Positions 22,348 to 36,000 of a stretch of 64,000 nucleotides of DNA are shown here, one piece after another. Numbering within the stretch: the first letter of the stretch is position 1; every line of letters starts with the position of its first letter. The DNA lies in NCBI RefSeq assembly GCF_036365525.1, contig NC_090377.1, positions 77,485,198-77,549,197 of the forward strand, written 5' to 3'. The stretch is from Heterodontus francisci (Eukaryota). Under the pieces are notes generated by a model. It saw nothing but the letters and a program-made list of their open reading frames with translations, was not told where the DNA came from and ran no database searches. The position numbers were made by a program, and so were the translations under genes.

Positions 22348-24544
22348 ACCTTGACCTTGGACTTCATCTACTTCCGGAAAGAACCCCTTTGTCTACATAC
22401 CAGTAATGCGAACAACTTGAGACAGCGGCATGTTTTTTAAAAATCCGATCCTGTATTTTCCCGGAATTCTAAATAAAAGCGGCCATCCGAAATATGTGCT
22501 TAGCATTTTTCTCTCTTACTGACGAGAGACATCATCCACATGTTCTCAAATAAACGCGCTGTACTTATTCAAAACAGATACTCTAATAGGAAGGATAAAC
22601 ATTGAATTTGCTGTTTTGAAATTCTTTTTCTTCAGGTTATTTATTAAAAACGCTATTGGAACAACTTCACTAAATATAGACGAAGCGCATCAAGTCAGTG
22701 CAGAAAATGTTTGTTTAGAGAAGAAAATAAACCAAAAGATTCACAGGAATGAGTGAATGAATGTAATTTAGTGCAAAATGCGTGGGCTCCACTAGTCTAT
22801 CCATATCACGGACGTTTGTAGGTAGAATCTGCTTTGTCTCTGTGAAATAGCGGCTCACATTACAGTTTTCCAGTCTTTCCTTTGACATTCTGAAAAAAAT
22901 TAAGATAAAATTCAAAATGCTTGATTTGAAATTTGACATCGTTCTTATTTTGCTCGTGCACAGAATGTCGTTTTCTAGTTATTTGGAGTTTTCGATTACT
23001 GTTTGCCAAAATATTCTGATGTTTCTTTGAGTGGCGACTCGTCAACGAATTTACTTGTATGCGGACTCTGCAACTTTTAGAAAGATGTGAAAATATGTGC
23101 AGTGAAACAGTAAGATGCGCCCTCAGTTTTGCACAATATTCCACACTGAAAACCAAGTCGTAGTATCCCATCCCTTTCCATTATCCGTTTAACAACTGTA
23201 AAATGTGACTGCGACTGCTGTTGTCATGACGAACTGCAGTATATAACTTGCATCTAAATATCTCCCCAGAATGGGATTTCTTCGTTTAATAACTCACAAA
23301 ATGTAATGCAATATTTGTAGCACATATTATGAGCCTTTTATTCTAAGGTAAGCTGCAAAGTATCATTCGATTTGTCTCACAAAACGTGGGTTCGCCAAAT
23401 TTGAAAATGTATGTAATTGCGAACGCATTTTGGTGAAAAAATTAATACTTTTCTACATCTTATGTTATTGTTAAAATAGATTGTAGTAATTAAAATATGT
23501 TCTATTTCAAATAGCAGAGTTATCTTGTGGAATATTCATGTTTGAATCCTACGGTCCTTGACAGCAATGGAGTGAATTGAATCATACATGCGAATTATGC
23601 CGGAACGTCCAAATTCAGATATCAGATAACCAAAATCGGGCCCGTCGAAAAAAAAACGGCGTTTCCTAATTTTTGAGAACGTGGCCTCCCCCGGAATCAT
23701 ACATTCGTCTGTTTGACGCAAGTGATTGAAAATTCTGCCACTGACAAATAGTGATAGTTGACAATTTGGAATAATTTAGCACATTTTATGCAAAATGTAA
23801 ACTAATCCCAATATGCGAAAATCTTGTGCTGAAAAGGCAGTAGGGTGGTAAAGAATAAAGAACATTGCATGCAAATCAAATGACATATCAGATATCTGCA
23901 ATCTCCACATCATTTAATTTCTGCACGGGTTTTTGAAAATTTAGTATATATAAAATTTGAGCGAAAATCTATATATATGTGATTGTCTTATGAGTTGCTT
24001 AGAAAAAATGAGTGATCTTTAAAATCTATTTTGTATTTGCATACAGGATAATGCAAATAGCGTCGTTTTATATATAGAACATATATATGTTATCCCGAAC
24101 GGCACATTGCTGAACAGGTTATTGCCGAGATTCTTCGTAACAATATACGAAAATGCAGACAAATGTCATCATTGTACAATTTTTTTACTGTATGATTCCG
24201 CACCAATTTGAAATGGTTATTTTGCAAAAGATGCCCAACACTTTATTTCAAAGGGAAAGCAACGCAGAATAGAACATTGAATCAAAAAATATATCATGTA
24301 TGCTGCACTTATAATTTACTGATCCTACAAACTGTACAATATATTATGCAAACCATCATTATTATTAATAAATCTTAATGAAGTACGTCGGTAGGAGTAT
24401 TGCTGTGGAAAACACCATCCCGTGTTTTATTTTCAATGCATAACAGTTCCTATAGTCAAATATCATGAATTAATTTTGGAAACATTAAATTGTTTTAACA
24501 TCGGGAAGGGAGTGCAATGACTGCTCAAGCCAGCTTCAGTTGCT

Positions 24545-24650
24545 GCGTATCACGTGGCCAGAATCAACCTATCAGGTTTCACTCGGTCAGTGCACACTCT
24601 AATCAGTGAAAATAAGCACCTCTTACTCCCGAGGCTGCTTTTATAAAGCA
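24545..24650 (+). promoter_or_regulatory. HoxD13 proximal promoter (candidate)
   Basis: E-box CACGTG at 24551-24556 and TATA-like TTTTATAAA near 24639-24647, just upstream of the ATG. Confidence 0.55.
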
Positions 24651-24676
24651 GTACTTAGTTTGCAGTGGGTCGTGAT

Positions 24677-25364
24677 ATGACAGCTTCTTTTCTTTCAGCC
24701 CCTTGGAGGACTGATACAATCAGGTACCTAGACAACAAAAACAACATATCTAACTCGGAGATGGAAGGACTGGGAGGGAACGTCCCTTCAAATCAATGCA
24801 GGAATTTTCTGTCTCCCTCTGCATTTGGAGCTCATCACAACTCTTTATCCTCGGGTCCTGCTTACACCGTCGGAGATCGAACGCATTCTGTCATTTCTGA
24901 ATCTGCTAAGCAATGCAGCCCATGCCCTGCTCCGACAAGCCCTCCAAACCCAGCGATCAGTTACGGCTATCATTTTGGAAGCAGCTATTACAGTTGTCGA
25001 AATGTTGGCATTCAACAAACTGGACTGAAATCTGGTGCTCATGCATCTCTAGCCGGTTATCCAGTGGACAAATACATGGACGTTTCGAGTTTGACTAATA
25101 CTCCTGTCCCCACTGACGAGGTGTCAGCCAGGGCGAAAGAATTTGCTTTTTATCAGAGCTACCCTAATCCATACCAACGGGTCTCTGGTTATTTGGACGT
25201 CCCAGTAGTCCCTACAATAAGCGGCCACGGAGAGCCAAGGCATGAAGCCTTAATATCCATGGAGGGCTATCAGCCTTGGACATTTGCTAATAGCTGGAAC
25301 GGTCAAGTGTATTGTCCTAAAGATCAGACACAAACTCCACATTTTTGGAAATCGCCTCTTTCAG
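24677..25364 (+). CDS. hoxd13: Homeobox D13 exon 1; spliced CDS 688+251=939 nt, 312 aa (alternative ATG at 24761)
   Basis: Hox13 motifs [60 protein letters not shown]. Donor TCAG|gtatca, phase 1. Confidence 0.95.
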
Positions 25365-25706
25365 GTATCATGAAATCATTTTTACTGAAAAACGGTACGA
25401 TTACTTTAAATGTAAAGTAAATAAATTAAATCCACGTTCCTTTGGTTTAGTACTGTCAGGCATTCTTTAGTCTTTTAATTTACTATATTTCAAACGAATA
25501 ATATGTGGAACACAGAATAACCATGTATTAGAATTAATGTGCGGAAATGTTGGATTAATCGTATGCCTAATTGTCTCAAATGATTCACTAAAATTATGTT
25601 TAAAAAGCCAGACGAATGGGTTGTCAATTTTCTTTATATTTTTAACACCCTTTGAACTGCTGCTACTTGAAGTTTACGTTCTTATAATTTGCATTTTCCC
25701 CCTCAG

Positions 25707-25957
25707 GAGATGTGATGCACAATCAGACTGATATAAACATTTACAGACGAGGGAGGAAGAAAAGGGTTCCTTATACGAAAACCCAGCTTAAAGAACTCGA
25801 GCGAGAATACGCCACAAACAAATTTATAACCAAGGAAAAAAGACGAAGGATATCAACAGCCACCAACCTTACCGAAAGACAAGTCACCATCTGGTTTCAG
25901 AATAGAAGAGTCAAGGAGAAAAAAGTGGTTTCCAAAGTCAAAGAAAATATACCTTGA
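25707..25957 (+). CDS. hoxd13: Homeobox D13 exon 2 (homeodomain)
   Basis: Acceptor ttttccccctcag|[66 protein letters not shown]. Confidence 0.97.
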
Positions 25958-28617
25958 TATTGCAGACAACAGTAACCAATATTGGCGCATTGCAAATTAT
26001 ATGTGATGGACTTCCTTTTAGAAAAGGAAACTAAATGAATGTGGGAGGAGTTCAAGCCACATCTTCGGATTTACAGAGAAAATCTTACAATGACCATTTC
26101 CACGCAATGTTGTGCAAAATTTTGCTAAAATATTTGATGTGACTTCATCACCACATTCAAAGAAATGAGGTACTCTTAAGAGAGTGAACAATTCCACATT
26201 CACACACTTGTATTCTGTTACCGTGCTGGATTATTTTCACGTGTGACATTGCAAATATTGCTGCAAAGTAATGCTTAGTTCATTCTTAATTAAATTGTTC
26301 GTGGGTTCAGCTGGAGGTTTTGCAATACGCAGGAAAAATGGCGACTACAACTGATAACACATTCAAAGCCAAAAATTGACATTAAGTAAAACGTATTTAT
26401 AACTTTCTTAATGCAAAGCGATTTTTATTTAACATTTAAGTTTTTAGTCATGCTTTGCAAGAGGTACCATGGCTGCATTGCGAATGGGTTCTAATGCTAA
26501 TCATATATACTAGCAACAAAATCCATTCTGTTGTGAATGATTGAAAATATAATGCTTAAGTGCTATTTTACGTCAGTGCCAGTTAGAAATTATTTGCAAG
26601 TGGGATAGTTACAGATTAACTGCGGTACAATCCCATAAGATATTTTATCATATTAATCGGCAGCGAATTTACAATCATTTTCAAAATAAATTATTTAGTG
26701 TATATACCGAAAGGACCTTCTGTTTACTCACTCCAGAAAGTTCTACAATAAAATGTTGTCCTAAGCAAATGTAAACATTAAACATAAATTTCAGTCTCAA
26801 GTGAAATGCCTGTCAAATTTAAAATGTCCTTAAAAGTTATGAGTTAAAATATGAAAATCTATGTTTCTGCATTTTGAATCTTTTGTTCATTTAAAACTGT
26901 TATTTTCAAAACAAATGCTAATATATTTGAAAGTCCCATGGTCGTTTTGAATGCGGTGCCTTTAATTGAAATATTTACAGCTGTTTTCTAATTAGTAAGT
27001 TGTTGTGCTGTATACTTAAATTGCTTCATTATTGTAATCATGATAACTATACGACTAAAATAGTGGGGAAGTTTGGCATTATTTCTATATTTTATGTACA
27101 TTTTAACGCAAGCATTTGCTCATTTTTGTCCATCATTTCTCTGCCCAGGATGAGTTAAATGTGAACTCGGGTGGTTTTCTTACTTTGATTTATGCCGTGT
27201 AAAATATTAAAACAAATCACACTTTAACTGCCTCCAAGTTTTATATTTCTTGTAAATGAATTAAATATATTTTGTTTTGTCACATCGCCACATTCTATCT
27301 TAAGCTGTATAGCATTTACACGAATGCGTCTCTAATTTACGCACGTACATAATTCGCCTTAGTGTTAGGGTATTTTGGGGCGAAAGTACAAACTCTAAAC
27401 ACCATAATAATAAATAAGCATTACGGATTTAATAAACTGCAAGAAGCTGTAAATGTTCGTCTTAAAATAAATTATTTTATTAAAAAAAAGAACGTATTGA
27501 TCCAGTATTAACTTGCTGCGCATTTTGTAAATATATATTAAACTATTTGAAGGACACATGGTTTCTAAGTTGTTGCGCTTTACAACAAATTATGAGCAAG
27601 CCAAATTACACACCGAAAATTGATCATGCAATGAGTAAAATTCCAAACAGTGTCGAAGCCACAAGAATACAAACATCTGATTTTGAAAACGTCTTGCCAG
27701 GATTGATGCCAGATCGATGCCATTACCTCACTTTCTCTTGTACAGGTTCAACCATTATAGGATTGAGTTAATTTCACATAACTATTCCAACTTTTTGTAA
27801 GGTTTGCCACAAAGAGTTACTAGTAGGTAAGTAAACTACTTGGCACACAGTACCAGTTAATTATCAGAAGCAAGTAATTTGAAGAGATGCACGATAAAAT
27901 ATGTCCTATAAAACGTCTTTTCGATTATTAAATACAATTAAACGTGTAAACAATCGATCTAATTCCTTTTTATCTTAAACTTAAATTGAGTCATTTAGTG
28001 GGCTACCCTGTAATCTTCGCACAGATGTTTAAAGTAAACAGCTATTGTACTATCCCAGTCGGCGACGGTGCGTAAATAAAATAAAACAAGATAATATGGT
28101 TAACATGTTCATAACAGAATGAATGTAGCCTGGATTTGTAATGCCTTTTTAATGGAAAATATTGCAGGGATAAGGTAGTTGGGGAGAGAAATCAGTTCCT
28201 AATTTTTTAAATAGAAATATTAAGTGATGAAGTTTAGAATTAAGCTAAGTGAGATTGACTGCATTTATATGAGCATGAACTTAGTAGGTGATAATGCTCC
28301 TGACCCTGCCATCTTTATTTACCAGCTGCTAACACTTTCTAACATATTCCTGTGCATTGGGATAAATTCTGTTCGTCAGCCTCAGAAGAAAATTGGAAAG
28401 AATTATGATATATTAAGTTAAATTAAAACTTCATATTTAACGACTTTCATTAAATTTGCAGGAGCTCCGTGATATTAAGATACATTTTTGGAAGGATATT
28501 AAGCGCTCTGACGTCAAATTTCTATTTACCATTGACCTTGACTATCGTTATAGTCTTTGACCTTGACTTTATTTAGCATCATGAATAATAAGGATTGCCC
28601 TGATCGCAGAGCTAGTT

Positions 28618-28630
28618 CGCCATCTGCTGG
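28618..28630 (-). promoter_or_regulatory. Candidate CTCF site between HoxD13 and HoxD12
   Basis: Reverse complement CCAGCAGATGGCG matches the CTCF core CCASYAGRKGGCR. Confidence 0.65.
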
Positions 28631-29425
28631 ATATTCCGCTGTAAAACACGAAGCAACACAAAACTGTTACTGCCGAAACGCGGGCCACAAGATGGTCGTT
28701 CGTAGTTTACGCTGCAAACCAGTGTCAGAAATAATAATTAGGCCACAGTGTTTTCTTTCAAGATCTTATTGAAAGGTTATATTGGCAACTTAGCAGCAGT
28801 GCGTATGTTTTTCTTTCAAGAAAAGCGCGATAAAGTTAAGTATTTCCGTTCAAACTATGTAAACTTTGCGAATGCCGGTGTTCAACTTGTTAATAATCTG
28901 GAGTTTAAAATTTTACGTAATTTAAATTTAATGTATTTTCACGAACTTATACATCAAGTTGTATTTTCTACATGGTAGTTTATTTAGTGTTCACAGTCCG
29001 GATAACCAAGCACATCACGGCATTGGAGTTAAATTGTAAACAAAAGAATGTAGGTGAATTAGCGTTACTACTAGCCTCTGTGAAATATATAACATATAAA
29101 TTGCTCGACTGTAGTTTGTTCAGTATGTTCGCATATTAGTTACGATAGAATTTCCCAGAAACTGTATTTAAATGATATTCGTGGTCAAATGAGAGTTTTG
29201 AGAAAACGTCGCTAACAATACAGCAGCGTTTGTTATGTTAGGTGTAAAGTGAGGATTCTTCACCCAATTTCCTTTCTTGGTTACATTTGTTCTAATGAAA
29301 ACTGAAATTGTGCCCGATGTGATACTAATTTCAAACTGAGGTGGTTCTTCATTCGAAAACATTTTGCACTAAAACGAAGTTAACATCTTTTTCTAAAAAA
29401 AATGGCGATTTGATTTAATCGACAT

Positions 29426-29437
29426 TGACCTTGAACT
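29426..29437 (-). promoter_or_regulatory. Perfect DR0 nuclear-receptor element AGTTCA-AGGTCA
   Basis: TGACCTTGAACT on the plus strand; NR6A1/GCNF-type site. Confidence 0.5.
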
Positions 29438-30816
29438 GAGTAGTTGCATTTTTTTTTGGAGTCATTTCGAGTTTTTGTAAAAATTTTAAGGTAGAGGCCC
29501 GCCTTGGGTAAAGCGCCCTTGTTCACAATTGCGCTTGGATTTTAAAGTGTTACTAAAGAAACCCGGTTCGGCATTTTTAGGGCATCGTGAGACCATAAAA
29601 GGGACAGAGGACAAAGTAGTTTTTCTTTCCGGTGAGGATGTGGTGGCGATATCTGCTTTGATTTTACTGCACGTGAATGTAACGGAAAGGGTCAATTCGT
29701 GTCAAATTGTAAACAAATAAATATATACATTCGAGGGCAAGGTAAGTAGTTAACTTATAGACCACGAATTATTAACAGTAGAGACAAAATATTTAAATAT
29801 ATTTCTGCAGTTGGTACAACGCTAGAATAAATCGGATTTTTTACTTTAGGCGCCAAGCCTGAATTTTAATCATCTAAAATCATATCTTACCTCAGAATTA
29901 TATGCATAGTTCAATAAGGTAGACGCATTATGTTTAATATTTTATTCAATTTATTTTGCTATCGATAAAATTGAGCACCATTGTTAATGTTAAATGTTGA
30001 ATTAATAACAGCCATGTTAATCTCTTAATCGTTGGCAGATTTGATACATTGCGCATAGGTTTGTAAATTCTGCTTAAAATAAATTTCTAAAAATTCTAAA
30101 GAGAGCGGATGCACGAGAGCGATGCGGTTTTTTTGGCTTTGATACAAGCGTTGCAAATATTGGTATTTACTCCAACAATTTCAACATTTTCTTTGTCTAA
30201 GTATAAAATAAGGGTTTGCGGTGCTCTAATGAGAGGCAGCATTCTTAGGAAATCTTTAATTTTGTAGTCAAATAAATTAAGGGAGGCCACCACCAATCTA
30301 CTGGATTTACTGAAATCTGCGTATTATAAACAAAGATTCACAACCGAATTTAACCTCAACATTTCCACTTGCAGCGGCACATGTTAAACACAATAGAACT
30401 GCGCAAAATTATTCTACTCAAATATGAACACACTAAGAACTGGCCCATTTTAGTCTCCGCCTAATATTACAAGCACACTTTAATCAACGTGCTGAAATGT
30501 TATCAAAAATGTCTTAGGTAATTGAATTCAGCCAGAAAGTTAGAATATGGCCATCATTTCCATTACAGTAAAAGCAACGCTGATGTAGGATATTATTTAA
30601 TTTTATGAATGCGTATTTTTGAGAAAAATCGAATGAGTCTTATTGCATTACATTCAGTACATTTGCTGAGTTATCCGATTTTTAAAACGTCCCTTAACTA
30701 GTTAGACACGAAATACATTTTCTAAACTCTTTAGGTAATTTGCACTCGCGTTCATGTGTTTGGTTTTGAAACATAGTCACCGCTACCATCATATTAGTCT
30801 ATATTGTTAACAAAAA

Positions 30817-30857
30817 TAAAATATATAGAAAGCGTGCCTAAAATATATAGAAAGCGT
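30817..30857 (+). repeat. Short tandem duplication, 19 nt x2, period 22
   Basis: TAAAATATATAGAAAGCGT at 30817-30835 and 30839-30857. Confidence 0.85.
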
Positions 30858-31448
30858 TAAACATAAATATCATCACAGCAAATGTTGCTGCCCCAAATAA
30901 ATATTCGCTGTTATATAGCTAAAGGTAATACGATGAAATATAAAAAGTCTGTGACATTTTTAATGAATATTTTTATTCGACGTAATGCATCATATCGATT
31001 TTAGGTTTTCAAGAATTATTGAAATTGGGTTGATATAATCAAGGGCATGTATGAGCATTTCGGGGCATTTAAAAGTTTATTAATCAAAAAATAATACGTG
31101 ACAAAGCGAGCGTTTAATCCGTGTAGGGTATGTGAAATGTTCGGAGATCTATTGGAACTGTGTGTCTAATTTATTTTGTTGGAACAGTTTTTCTGTATTA
31201 TATATGCATCCTGTTGACTTCAGCGAGTTGCGTCGCTTTAACAGCCGATGAGTGGAAATGAAGGTGCACATGTACGTGTACTTGGACATTTCAGATGTGA
31301 GTTGGAGCGGGACGGAGGCGGTTCCAGAAAAAAAAGCTGTTTCCTCTTGTCTTGTGACCATCACGGAGCCAATCAGCGAGCGCCTTTCGTTTATCTCTGT
31401 CTGGAAGCTAAATAGGGGACAGAGAGGATCTGATCGCGCTCCTCGGAA

Positions 31449-32028
31449 ATGTGCGAGCACAATCTGCTAAATTCAGGCTATGTCGGCTCCCTGTTAAATT
31501 TTACCAGTCCGGAGCCCTTCTACTTCGCCAACCTGCGTCCAAATGGGACTCAACTGGCAACTCTGTCGCCAGCACTCTCCTATACCCGCAGGGATGTGTG
31601 CTCGCTCCCGTGGACTTCGAGTCCATGCGCATCGCCGCCGCAGAGCCGCGCCTTTAGTGGCTACTCTCAGTCCTACCTCAGCAACTCAGTCTCCATCAGC
31701 ATCAATAGGCATGTATCAGACAAGGCAGCAGCCGGCGAAGAGCCTAACAAATACTACTTCCAAGACAGCAGCCGGAAAGTGGAGGAGAGATGCAGACACA
31801 ATCAGTCTTATCCAAGTGATGCCAGCATCCCCTCTTCAGTCAACATCAATCCTGCCAAGTACGAGTACCCAAACGTGGAAACATCTCTGCATGGCTCGTC
31901 ATTACATAACCAAGGCTTTGAATTGAATTCCAACTCTCCCACTGTAAATGATGGCATCAAGCAAAGTGTGAGCCTCAGTATGTCATTACAGTCATCAGTA
32001 ACGCCAGTATGCAACAGATCCTCCGATG
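31449..32028 (+). CDS. hoxd12: Homeobox D12 exon 1; spliced CDS 580+239=819 nt, 272 aa
   Basis: Hox12 N-terminus MCEHNLLNSGYVGSLLNFTSPEPFYFANLR. Donor GATG|gtatag, phase 1. Confidence 0.95.
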
Positions 32029-32789
32029 GTATAGTATGAGTGCAATATTAAGGCGATGATCATTTGAAAATTGCAATATCCCTCTTTTCCAAAAGTGCTA
32101 CCTGTCACCTTCACGTGAATTTCATATATTGAACATCAAACAGCGATCCCGGAACACAAGCTTATTGCAATCAGAACCATCAGGAAATTAATTACTATAA
32201 TTACAACAATGATTAAGACGAGATAATAAAACACAATGAAACTGAAAGCATGGCAGCAGTCCATGGTGATAGATGAAATTATTTTAAAATTAAATTAAAC
32301 TTTAAATTAAATTTACAACGTTAAATACTCCAGTTTAAGTTTTGGCTAACATTTAAATGATGACAAAATGGTAATTGTTTACTGAATTTTTCGCCATTCT
32401 ATTATGAAGCCAATTTTCCAGGGAGAGTCCTTTGCTAGAATTTATAATTTGGCGAGTTTTCTGCGGCAATGACTACAGAATATTCAGATGCTTGAATGCC
32501 TAATTTGAATAATTTATCTGTGCTATTTGGCTAACTTCTCGTTTAATGTATCTGTTTACCAATGGTGTTTTTTATTTATAAAAACCAAGTGTCACAAAAA
32601 TAGAGAATGTTGTATTATTTTGTCGAAGTTTCAACATAATTTCTAAAAGAGAAACAATCTGAATCTTGCAACGTTACAAAGTTATTCTATGAAGGAACAA
32701 AGCATACTGAAAATTTAAATCATTTTGGAATGGAAGGGGTGGTGAAATGTTTCAATTACTTAAGCCTTTTTTTCAACTTCCATCTGCAG

Positions 32790-33028
32790 GGCTGCCCTGG
32801 TGTCCAACCCAAGTGAGGTCAAGGAGGAAACGCAAGCCGTACACAAAGCAACAAATAGCTGAACTTGAAAATGAATTTCTGGCGAATGAGTTTATCAATC
32901 GACAGAAGCGGAAAGAGTTGTCCGATAGACTGAATCTGAGCGACCAACAAGTAAAAATCTGGTTTCAAAACCGACGTATGAAAAAGAAAAGACTTGTAAT
33001 GCGCGAACAAACGCTCTCACTCTTTTAG
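32790..33028 (+). CDS. hoxd12: Homeobox D12 exon 2 (homeodomain)
   Basis: Acceptor catctgcag|[81 protein letters not shown]. Confidence 0.97.
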
Positions 33029-36000
33029 GCCAAAGTAAAGTTCAAATGTGAGTTTCAAGGTCGTGAATTGAACTTTTTATGGTAATTAAGCTCGCTTGCA
33101 GAAAGCATGTAGATCAAGAATATCCATTGTTTTAATGGATAGGTGCTCCTTTGATGTGCTGTCATATAAAACGGCATTCTAACATTACATTGCCACTACC
33201 ACTAGTCCAGGGCGTGTTGGTTTAGTTAAACATCAGCAACATACAGGGACTCAGATGCAAACTACGGATACCTCGTGAACATTTGCTATAGCAGGAAATT
33301 GGTCGCAAGGCACAAATTTGACGTCTTGTGGTCTGAACTTTGCTGTCCGCGGATAACGTCTTGTCAACATTTATTGGTTTCAAAGACATTTGTAATTGCT
33401 TTATTTCCTCGGTTTGTTTAAATTGCCACATGACTGTCCATTCGAGTAACAAGCAGATATTCTGCATTTTGAGAATGTAAGTACGACAGATAATTAGAAT
33501 GGAACATTCGAATTTTAATCTTAAATATATAAATGTTATGCATGCACTCTACCTATGTAAATTGAGTTCTAATAAAACGAATTACGAAGCAATTTTTCGG
33601 TTGTATGTACAACTCATGTTTTGTAATCGTGCTGTGAAGCTGGAGCCGGCAAATGGGTTAATTCAAAAGTGCATGAAGATCTGCTAAGGATGTATACCTA
33701 TCAGGACTATTACATTTGCTTTTGGAAGGCTATGCGTTTACGCGATAAGTGATAACGGTGTGTGTGAATTTTAATTGGACCAAAGGAAATGTGCTAGCAT
33801 TATCCAAGTTCTGTTACTGACTTCAGTATAGTTGGCGCTCAGCTGTTTTCAAAGCTGCAACGACCTCGGCTTCATAATTCAGAGTTGCCCTGCTGAAATT
33901 ACACTTGTTTGCGGTGCATAGAATAAAATAAATAAGCAACGGTGCCAGGAATTAAAAATAATAAATAAAACACACGGGTGATAAACTGTTATGAAATTGT
34001 ACTTTTCTTGGGCCCTTTAAAGGCCCATATTGAGCAAAATAAAAATAAACACGCCTCATTTTTTTCTACAATTGGTTATTGCAGTTATTTCACTCGAGTA
34101 ACATTTATTGACCGCCTAATTTCTGATTAAGTTTCGATATTTAGACACCAGCGGTTAATTCAGAACGCGTTATATCCGCCGGATGCATGAGTTACATAAT
34201 TGGAAATATGAATTGCCATATAGACACATTACAGAGTACAGAATTTTGTAACTAATTGCTTTTAAATGATCGCATTATTGTTGGAACAATATTGACTGAT
34301 CACGGTGCACACGAACTAATTTTCGTCAATTTCCTATTGGATGTAGAGTTTGCCCATTTAATTAGGCTTTTAACTGTTAAAATTTTCGCTGGTTTCTGGA
34401 AATTCGGGGCATGATGAACGACAAAATTTAAGGAGATCGAATCCAAATTAAATGAGACAAATATTTCTCTTCAGTTGTGTTCTTATACACCAATATTAAA
34501 GCGAAACCAGTGCCCCAGTAGAAACGGCACAATACAGAAAAGCATCTCTTTCACTTTTATTCTACTGGATTCTGATTCTGTAGCAAGTCATCTAACTCTG
34601 TCGTTTGAGCATTGTTAGCTACCCCTTCCTACTTTTACTTATGGCTCACCGCTATTTTATTCGGAGCAAAATAGTAATGTGCCCCTCTAGGTAAGTCGTG
34701 TCCAGTAATTTATAATAATTCACATTCTTAATCCCCAGAAAGAGTAAGCGACCAGAGTGCAAAAATTTAAAGGCCAACTTTTACAATAATTTTACAATAA
34801 TGTAGAATTAAATCAGCTAATCTTTGCTGCAATTTGAATATGATTTGACCTGGGTGTAGGGCGACACGTACTTGTTTTACTCGAAACGAGTATGTGACTG
34901 TTATTCTTTCGTTTCATACATGTTGACGCCGATTCAAATCGCCATTGAAGCACATTTTTCATCGAACGGTTCAGAACTATAGAAATAATGTTTGGATTTT
35001 AGGGAATAGAGTCAAGTGCTATCAACCCCTTTTGATAATTATTAATTCACTTTCCTTATATGGCAATGTCATGGTCGGGCCCTACTTAGTTCATTTTTTG
35101 ATTTGACGGCTTCAAAGATTTTTAATTCATTTAAAATTATAAAATTATGTTTTGACGTGAATTATGCGTATTAAAATGAGATTTGATAGAGAAGGTCTTT
35201 GTACGGGCAGTTAGCAGACGATGCAAACGAGAATGAATGAGTTGCAGTCACTTCGCTTCTCATTCTAGCAAATCAGGACGTGGGTGGGCAGAAAACAGCC
35301 AGTTACTTCTAACCCCGCCATTTGTCTGGACTCCCATCAATTAAACATGCACCGTGCGATTTCATGAACTTTTTAAGCGGCTTTATTGAAATATATCAAC
35401 GCAAATAAATATTCTCTGATTAAATGTAATTAAATATTTCATTCTGGGTATTTTACCGACAGTAACCTTTTGGGATTCATCAGCAAATTTTCATGGGCCT
35501 TAAATATGTCTAGATAATACATCGACAATTAAGTCTTGGAGCAATGTTATGAAATTCAGAGAGGTTTTTTCAGGCAAAGTATGCAAATACGACTTGCGCT
35601 GAAAACAGTGCACGCACATATTTTAAATTATTTTAGCGGCATTAACTTGATCCGAGGTTGGCATTCAATTATTTGCCAGTGTCAAAGCGACTTTTCATGT
35701 CCTTAGTCTCTGGGCGTCATGTTTGTATCAAGTCAATGAAAGAAATGTAGATGTCTGCAGCCCAGCTGTTACATATAATTGCACTTTCCTGCATTAATTA
35801 TGGCAATGAAAAGAAATGTTACTATTATTGTCGAGGCTTTTTTACATTTCAGAAAGGCAGGTGTTATGGGAAAGAATACCTAAACTAGGCTACTCTGAAG
35901 TGGAGGTTACTCCATTACCACTTGATGCAAATATTCAAAAGTTCCATCAAATTCCATTGCACTAGGGTTGTAAACTTTTGCGTGAAAATGCAAGTACTTC

